NCBI RefSeq assembly: GCF_009914755.1 | Contig: NC_060944.1 | DNA: 64,000 nt | Reading direction: 5' to 3' (one strand) | Source of the DNA: the human T2T-CHM13v2.0 reference genome, Homo sapiens | Shown: positions 55,845 to 64,000 of the stretch, piece by piece | Layout of the letters: every line of letters starts with the position of its first letter | Position numbering within the stretch: the stretch's first letter is position 1 | Notes under the pieces: generated by a model | Database searches by the model: none | Seen by the model: only the letters and a program-made list of their open reading frames with translations | What the model was told of the DNA's origin: nothing | Program-made: the position numbers and the translations under genes

Positions 55845-56370
55845 GGAGTAGACAGAACAATGGTCCCCCAAAGGTGTCCTCATCCTAATCCCAGGAACCT
55901 TTCCATGTGTTACATTACACAGGAAAAGAGACGATGCTGATGTAATTAAGTTGGGGGGCTTGAAAAGAGAAGAATGTCCTGGAGTGTCCAGGTGAGCCCA
56001 GTGTAATCACAAGTATATCTATAAGCAAATAGGGAAGCAGGAGAGTCAGTGAGAGGGAAGGAGATGCGTTGGTAGAGGCAGAGGAGAGACCACAAGAGAG
56101 CGATTGAGATTTGAACATGCTATGCTGCTGGCTTTGAAGATGGAGGAAGGAGGCGATGAAACAAGGAATACAGGTGGCCTCTAGAAACCGTAGTAGGTAA
56201 TCAAACAGATTTTTCCCCAGAGCCTCAAGAAGGAACATAGCTCAGCTGACACCTTGACGCTAGCCTCATAAGACCCATTTCAGACATCTGGCCTCCAGAA
56301 CTGTAAGAAAATCAGTTTGCATTGTGTGAAGCCACTAAGTAATTTACTGCAGCAAGTAGAAACTAGTACA
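55845..56370 (+). mobile_element. MLT1D MaLR solo LTR
   Basis: tcctaatcccaggaacc...gctggctttgaagatggaggaagg...ggcctccagaactgtaag...aaactagtaca. Confidence 0.83.
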
Positions 56371-56631
56371 TTACCTCTACCGCTACTCTAGTATTTCGCA
56401 TCCAAATTTAGAACACTCCTTTTGAAAATCCTAGACTTTCCCACTGTCTTCTTTTGGGTGGTGATGAGGCAAAGATGATTGACAGATGGGTAGGCAAACA
56501 GAGTACCCTCCTTCTGAGTCTCCTCAGTTGCACTTTCAATGATGTTTATTAATTTAAAAACTATCCAGCATGAATATGTACAAGGCACTGGGCTCGGGGC
56601 TGGGGCACAAACAAAAACAAAATAGAAAACC

Positions 56632-56639
<8 letters not shown>

Positions 56640-56673
<34 letters not shown>
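56640..56673. repeat. (CA)17 microsatellite; a (TG)n also lies at ~56900-56923
   Basis: Read directly from the sequence. Confidence 0.93.
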
Positions 56674-56677
<4 letters not shown>

Positions 56678-57106
56678 ATCTCTACCCTCAAGGGGAAGCT
56701 AAGCCCTCAGTAGTGAAAACAGATTCATCTGGATGGAAGTTCTTAAAATGTGTTCCTTGGACCAGTAGCTTCAGCATCATCTAGGAACTTGCTAAAAGTG
56801 CAAATTCCTGAGCTCCCCTTCGAGTATATTTCTTATACAATAATTGCTGTGGTTTGGTTTCTCTATTAGAATATTAGGACTTTATGAAAGTTTGAACCCT
56901 GTGTGTGTGTGTGTGTGTGTGTGCATCTCTTGTGTTATATGTAGGAATTCACATTTATATATCCTAGAGACAAGACAGTGAAAACAATAGAAAGCAAATA
57001 AGCAGAGTTTGGAGGCTCATGGTCCAGACTTCCTGGCAACAGGCTGCGTAACACTGCTTAGTCTGCCAGTAACCCTAGCTCCAGCAGGTGTAGCCCAAAG
57101 TGAGGG

Positions 57107-57600
<494 letters not shown>

Positions 57601-58010
57601 CAAAGCCCTCATTATCCAAACCAGCTGGCTCACAACTGCCACTGTGGGAGAAGATGCTTCTTTAGCGTCACTGTGGACCCCCAGTACCTGCAGCTGAGAC
57701 ACAGGGCATTACCTGTGGTAAGGATGAGGACCTCTTCCCGACTCCAACCCACAGTATGTCGGAGATCAGCCACTTATAAGCCTCTCTTCCCGCATATGCC
57801 CTCTTTGTGGTCATTGCACAACACATTTCTCCCACAGTGGCAGGTGATATGGACAAGGGAACACAGAGACCGCGTGCCTAGGTTAGAAGAGTACAGAACC
57901 AAGGACTGTGTTTGTTTATTGGAAAGCAGCCCTGTGGTACGCAAAATGCATCCTGAGCAGCATATATTGGAGTTGTGTATACAAAATCATGTATGCTACT
58001 AAAGGGTCCT

Positions 58011-58572
58011 TGTTATGCCAGGGCCACGACTACTCCAAATGTCATGCTCGGGGTCAGGTTCCAGCCCCAGCTGAGGTCTGATGGGAGTGGGTGGATGGGC
58101 AGATGGCAGGTGAAAGGTAGTTTTATTTAGCAGCTCTCTTATCAGCAGCTCTCTCACACTAGCTCTCTTATACTCTCTGCCTTTATCTCGGCTGTTTGCT
58201 CCGGCTCTGCGGCCCCTGTCAGCAGCCAACTCCCACACACAGCCGCAGGACCAGCCTGCAAGGCCAGCTCTCCCTTACAGTGTTAGCAGCTTAACTCTTT
58301 CTCTCTCTGGGCACGAGTGCGAGCCATGGCTCCCTTCTCTCCGTCTTGCAGTACTCTCTCTCTTTCTCTTGGCCCCAGCACAAGAGCGCCTGTCTGGCAT
58401 CAGCGGGGCAGTTATACTTTTTACAGACAGTAGTGACTCAGAGCCAAGTGTGAACTTAAACAGATTATATAAAAAGTGGAGTATACACCTGCACCCTAAA
58501 CTCACTAAGTCATGCTGGCCTGGATGTCCGCCTTGGCCTATTCTTGAGCAAAGCACATCCATACACCTTACA
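58011..58572 (-). mobile_element. LTR18B-like (HERV-S/ERVL) LTR
   Basis: Minus strand begins TGTAAGGTGTATGGATGTGCTTTG; TSD gtcct/gtcat (4 of 5); tRNA-Ser PBS-like 11-mer near the 3' end. Confidence 0.78.
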
Positions 58573-61477
58573 GTCATTCTTTCCTTATTTTGATGAACAG
58601 GATATATGGGGGGAAAATGAAGATAAAAATTCCCCATCATTTTCATAGTTCTACTTGTCTTTAGACATAGAAACAAGAAGGAGTCATGTGAAAGAAGATG
58701 GCATTCTCTCTACAAGGGTTGAAAAAAGAGCAAAAATAGGATCGGGGGCATAACTCTTGCTCAACTTGCGGAAGTTCCCCACACAAAGTAAAAATAAACC
58801 CTGCTTTAGCAGCCCTTATCTGATTTAAGTCAGTTTGTCTTCCAAGATCTAACATTTCCTCCGTTGAATTTGAGGGGCTTATTTTAATAAGAAAAGAAAA
58901 AAGGAGAAGCTGAACAGGGCCTTTAGAGCAACACACATAAGCTGTTTGCCATATTGAATCAACACCTGGGGCATTGATCTGAAAGCTAAACGCAGGCTGT
59001 TCACCTGGATTGCCAAGTATAACAGAAGCAACTGGCTCACTGACATCAGAGAGAGCGTACTTCACCAGGGCTCCATCTGCAATTGCCTTTGAGGACCAGA
59101 GATAATCAGAAAAAAAGTACAGAGGTTGTTCTGAAACCTAATTCCAACTTAGGAGCATTTATTTCTCCTTTCCGTAAACTACCTGTGATTTCTAATCAAA
59201 AATGCTTTTCTAAACCCAGCTGACCTAATTCTCCTTTTCTCCCTCACAGCGTGTCTTTTTGTTGTTGTCGATCTTTGGCTTCGCTTATTCACCAAGCACA
59301 GTTGTTGTTGCCTAGCTCTCTAAGCTTGTGTGTCCTGCCTTTCCCAACATTCCAAGGAGTAATGGTCTCATTAACCCAGTAATTAAAGAAATCCTGTACC
59401 TTTCCACTCTGGCTAGCTGCCCTCTTCCTTTTCCCCTATTGTTCTCTCAGTAACACCACCAGCAGATGGTTTGAGATTTTCACCCTTTCAAAAGCTTTAT
59501 GTTTTTCCCATCTCATCAAGCATATCTCAGCCAAGTGTAATTAGCTTAAGGCTTTTGAATCCTTAAGGGAGATCAGTTAAAGACTTGAGCAATTTCAATG
59601 AAGAGCTTGAAAAGCCAATCCTGGAAGGCTAAGGGTAACCACAGGAGAGCCACTATTATTTAGAAGCAAAGACCCTCTCCTCCGCCCATCCCTCCTTCTT
59701 TAGGCACTTTAAATTCTCAGAATATTCATGAGGCCTCCAGGGCTTTGGGACTCTATTTGGACCATTATTGAGTAGGTGGGATATTTAAGCTCTTAGTCAT
59801 CATCGGGTCAGTTGGTTCCTTTTAATTGATTTCAATCAAGGGGCCATTTTTGGGGAGCCTTAAGTTACTCTCAAATGGCCAACAGTTTGTTTGCTAAGTC
59901 TCTTAGCCTTTTCATTCCTTTCTTTATCCTTTGGTTGTTGGAAACTAGCTTTCTTTGTAGTTCAAGCAGTTCATATGAAGTCTAAATTAATTAACTGCAA
60001 CACAGATTTGCACCCTACCTTTGAGTGATGGTGAACCCCCTTGATTCCTGAATAGCCACATGTATTGTGGTAGTTGATCCCACAGCCCAAGCCCTTTTTC
60101 CCCATACTTGGGAAAAAGCAAGTTGTTTTGAGACCAAATTAAACTCTATTTTTATTGAAATGGAGTGGAGTAGTGCTTAAGTGTGTGAAGCACAGATTGT
60201 TGGTGGGATGTTAAGAGAGGGGCCCAGGCTCTCCCTCGAATTGGGTGATGTGTATTTTCCCCATGCTTTCAAGTGGGAGGCTCGGAGGCTCAGGTGTTGG
60301 GTAATAGGATGATTAAGTGTGTTCTCATGTCTAGTTTCTCATTACCAAGACTTGGGTAAAAGGGGAATTACTTTTGTAAATCTACTACCATCTTTTTCAA
60401 ATAAAAGGAACCAATGCCAAAACATTTGATTAGAACGACCTCTTTTTGTCTCAAGTACACTAATCAGCTTCTGTTTGAACAGTGATGCATAGGTATGGAG
60501 ATGTGCCTGTATTAAATATTATACATCTACTGTACCATTAGAGGACACTACAATCACAACTTAGAGGAAAATTCCTTGTAAAACATGGGATGTGTGTTCT
60601 GAGCCGTGGTATGACATGGAATTGGCTTGCAAAGCAGACTCCAAATACTTATGAATTAATTTATTGCTGTCTGAAAAATATGACATAATGTTTGAAGTAC
60701 AAATTGGCTTACAAAAAGATATAAGCAGGGTGAACATTTTTGGTAGGTAAGACAGAAATGTAGCTGCATTTTATAAATGTTTGTTTTGCATAGGAGAGTG
60801 ATAAATTACAGTAGAGTTTCACTATTATTGCTTTGAATACGGTAGGCCTAAAGAAACTAGACTATCCCAGCCAACGTGGCAGTTCTGAACCACAGAAACC
60901 AGTTGCATTGGTGCAGAGTAGGTAAGACTTAGAAGAAAGAAACTGCTGACAACACCTTCACTTTATAACAACATACAGTGAGGCAGAGGACTATTAGCAA
61001 ACCTGATACCACAGTGTCCAGAAAATGTGCAGAGGTCATCTTCTATAAGGTTTCTTATACAACAGTTTCACCACGGCCATGGTGCTATGGGCAGGAAAGC
61101 TTTTGTTTATTCCATTTTTCAAATAACTGATGCTTAAAAAATTTTTAGGCACAGTCAAAATAATATTTAAAAATTTTTTCAAAACAGCGGTATCTACTTT
61201 TCTTCAAACTGAAATTACAGGAATTAAGGGTATGAGGAGTAAAATATACCTGACCAGGGTCACACATTCAGTAGGTGGAGCAAGGCCCTGACATTTATTA
61301 TCTAACTTGTGACCCAGCATCCTTTCCACCCTACCCTTTTCCCCTCTGAGCTGCTCTGAGGGGCTGTGGCTAACAGAGTATGACACTCGAGAGGGTATGT
61401 ACCTAATTGTAACTTACCCAACTTTATATAAGTTGGGTATAGATATATAAAATCACCCAACTTTATATAAGTTTCAC

Positions 61478-61935
61478 AGTTGGAACCTGGAGGTCACCTT
61501 GTTCAACCTCCTGCTGTGATGCAGAAAGCCTTGATGATTTCCTTCCCAGCTGATGCTGTGGCCTCTGTCAAGGGACATGCACGATGGGGAGCTCACTATC
61601 TTTCGCAGGAGTTCTTTTATCCTCAAAGATTGAGTGTTTATAAATGAACTGGATTTTCCTGACGTTTCTGCTGACTCATCCCAGCTTTGCTCTGCAGAGG
61701 GAACTGAAATGAACCTGGCCTGTATGGCAAGAGTCTCCTAAGTCTTTGAAGGCAAAGCCTTCCTATAGCGCCCCCTATACTGTCTTCTGGTTAGTCGTTT
61801 ATCTCGCCTATTCCAAACGTCTCTCACGTTACATGGTTTCCAAACCTTTCATCATTTGACTATGTACTTCTAAGCAAGTCAGATTTGCCAACTTCTCTCT
61901 CAAACCGTGGATATAGATTGCACACAGTGATCCAT
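61478..61935 (-). mobile_element. L3/CR1 ancient LINE fragment
   Basis: ggaggtcaccttgttcaacctc...gatggggagctcacta...acatggtttccaaacc...gcacacagtgatcca. Confidence 0.55.
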
Positions 61936-62049
61936 ACCTTCATTTGTCTGATTCAAAGCTAAAGATTTATTTTTAATAGAAATTGCTTCAGCCCCTGGCA
62001 ACTCAGTACATGAACTTCTCCCTGGGTGAGGTGAAGAAGTATCCTGGCA

Positions 62050-62290
62050 GTGAGGCTAACAGCCAGCCCAATTCTGAAGCCAGACTACCTCAGTTTGCAG
62101 ACGGGTTGTTCTCTAATGAGCCATGAACAGGTCATTTAACTTGGTTTCCGCATCTGTAAATGGGGATCATAATAGCACCTACCTCAGCAGGTTGTTTATA
62201 GGGATGATATGATTTAACATGTGTAAAGTTCTGGCAGTAGTGCCAGGCATATAGTAAACTCTCAATCAATATTAATTATTGTGGTTATCA
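62050..62290 (+). mobile_element. MIR
   Basis: gccagactacct...tttccgcatctgtaaatggggatcataatagcacctacctca...gtgccaggcatatagtaa. Confidence 0.82.
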
Positions 62291-62986
62291 TTGTTCTGAG
62301 TAAAAGGCTATACTCCAAACCAAGGGAAAACCTCTCATTTGTTTGTGATGAACGGTGAGAAACCTAAGAACTACAGGAACACTGGATGAAACGTTACCTC
62401 CTGCCATATAATTACTTTGCTAATCTCCTCCCTTAGTCTAGCACAATGTGGAACCATGAGAGACATTCAAGTTACTTTCATCCTCTAAGTGCGCCCAAGC
62501 TAGAAGTCCAGTAGTTTTCCTGTTGCTGCCAACATCTTTGATCAAAAGAGACCTCATTGAAGAGATGCAGCTGATCAAGAAAAATTCCCTCCAGGCTTTG
62601 GTGTCTGGCAGATGTGCTGTGTCATGAGAGTGCATCTGTCAGAGCTGGCTCTGTCCCTATGAAGAATTGACAGGGCCATGCAAACAACCCCGAAATCTGG
62701 CAAAAATGAACCTGCTAACTTAGGGAAGAAAACACGAATGGAGGTGGATCGATGTGCACCCACTGCCTTTATTCCTAGTCAGGTACCAAAGAGTAAATGT
62801 TGCAGCATGTACCATAGGACAGTGACAGTCACAGTTGACATTTGTATAGAAGCCTGACAAAACAGGGACACAGGAGCATGGAAACAGCTACCCCTACCCC
62901 TCAGCTTAAGGATTTAAAGTTTCGAGATTTATCATTAATTTTATCCCCTTACTCATGTTCCCTGTCTTGGGGTTTTCTTTTTACTA

Positions 62987-63330
<344 letters not shown>

Positions 63331-64000
63331 AAGCATAATATGGAGCAGGAGACAGAAACACCGCCTCCTGCCTTGCTCTGTAACATTCTTTCTGCCGCCC
63401 ATCCTATTGAAAAACTCAACATCCCCAAAGGAGCCACATTCTCCGAGAGAAGCAGTGGACTAAGGAAAAACAGAAATTTAGATTCTGGCAAATCAGTAAC
63501 TAGAAGAAATTGCTGGGAGAGACAGTGGTATGTCTTTATAATCCTTGTAGGTCATTCCTGATGTGCTCAACCTTAGATGATAATGGCAGAAGTCCAATTT
63601 TTCTCTTACTGTACTTGATTTTAAATGCCAGGGTGAGGGTCTTGCTTCATATAAGCTTCATTATAATTAAAGTCTTAATCATTTAAATTATTATGAAAAT
63701 CACACTTCAGAAAAAAAGAAGAGAGAGGAGAGGGAGTGCATGTGAGTGAGTGGGTCAGTTGGGCTAGTGGCGCATGTCCTGGTGCATGTGGGTTACCTGT
63801 ACAGCACTACACAGCCTAATTGCAGGAGTGACCTTCAAAGGCCCTTGGCTGCAGGGCTCCCACAGGACCAGCATCTTGTGACATTTTGCTCTGTGTACAA
63901 AATCCCACAGGCGCTCATCTCTTATCTCTGCATATGCCAGTGATCACAGCCACAGAAACCAGAGGACAGAGTATAAAAGGATAGTACTTTGTCTCCTACC

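Noticed and set aside
58275-59065. 133-aa and 134-aa minus-strand ORFs
   Set aside because: The first is mostly LTR18 sequence; neither resembles a protein family I know or shows exon support.

Overview
Primate (most likely human) genomic DNA, entirely inside the 3' part of MACROD2 on the + strand. Three small phase-1 coding exons (21140-21217, 40302-40376, 40641-40733) encode part of the acidic C-terminal tail; the gene was recognised from memory of the peptide sequence. The rest is intron with many transposable elements: a ~6.4 kb antisense LTR2B/Harlequin (HERV-E-type) provirus, a HERV-K(HML-2) solo LTR, an L1-mobilised HERV-W env/LTR retrocopy, further solo LTRs, seven Alus, L1/L2/L3/MIR fragments, DNA-transposon fossils and microsatellites. 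I found no previously undescribed multi-gene system. The most notable observations are heavy G-to-A hypermutation of the provirus interior, its LTR sitting 480 bp from a coding exon, a snap-back plus templated-insertion repair scar at ~45035-45098, and a truncated 5S rRNA retrocopy. Repeat subfamily names come from remembered consensus sequences and need RepeatMasker/Dfam confirmation. Nearly all ORFs in the supplied track are spurious or repeat-derived.
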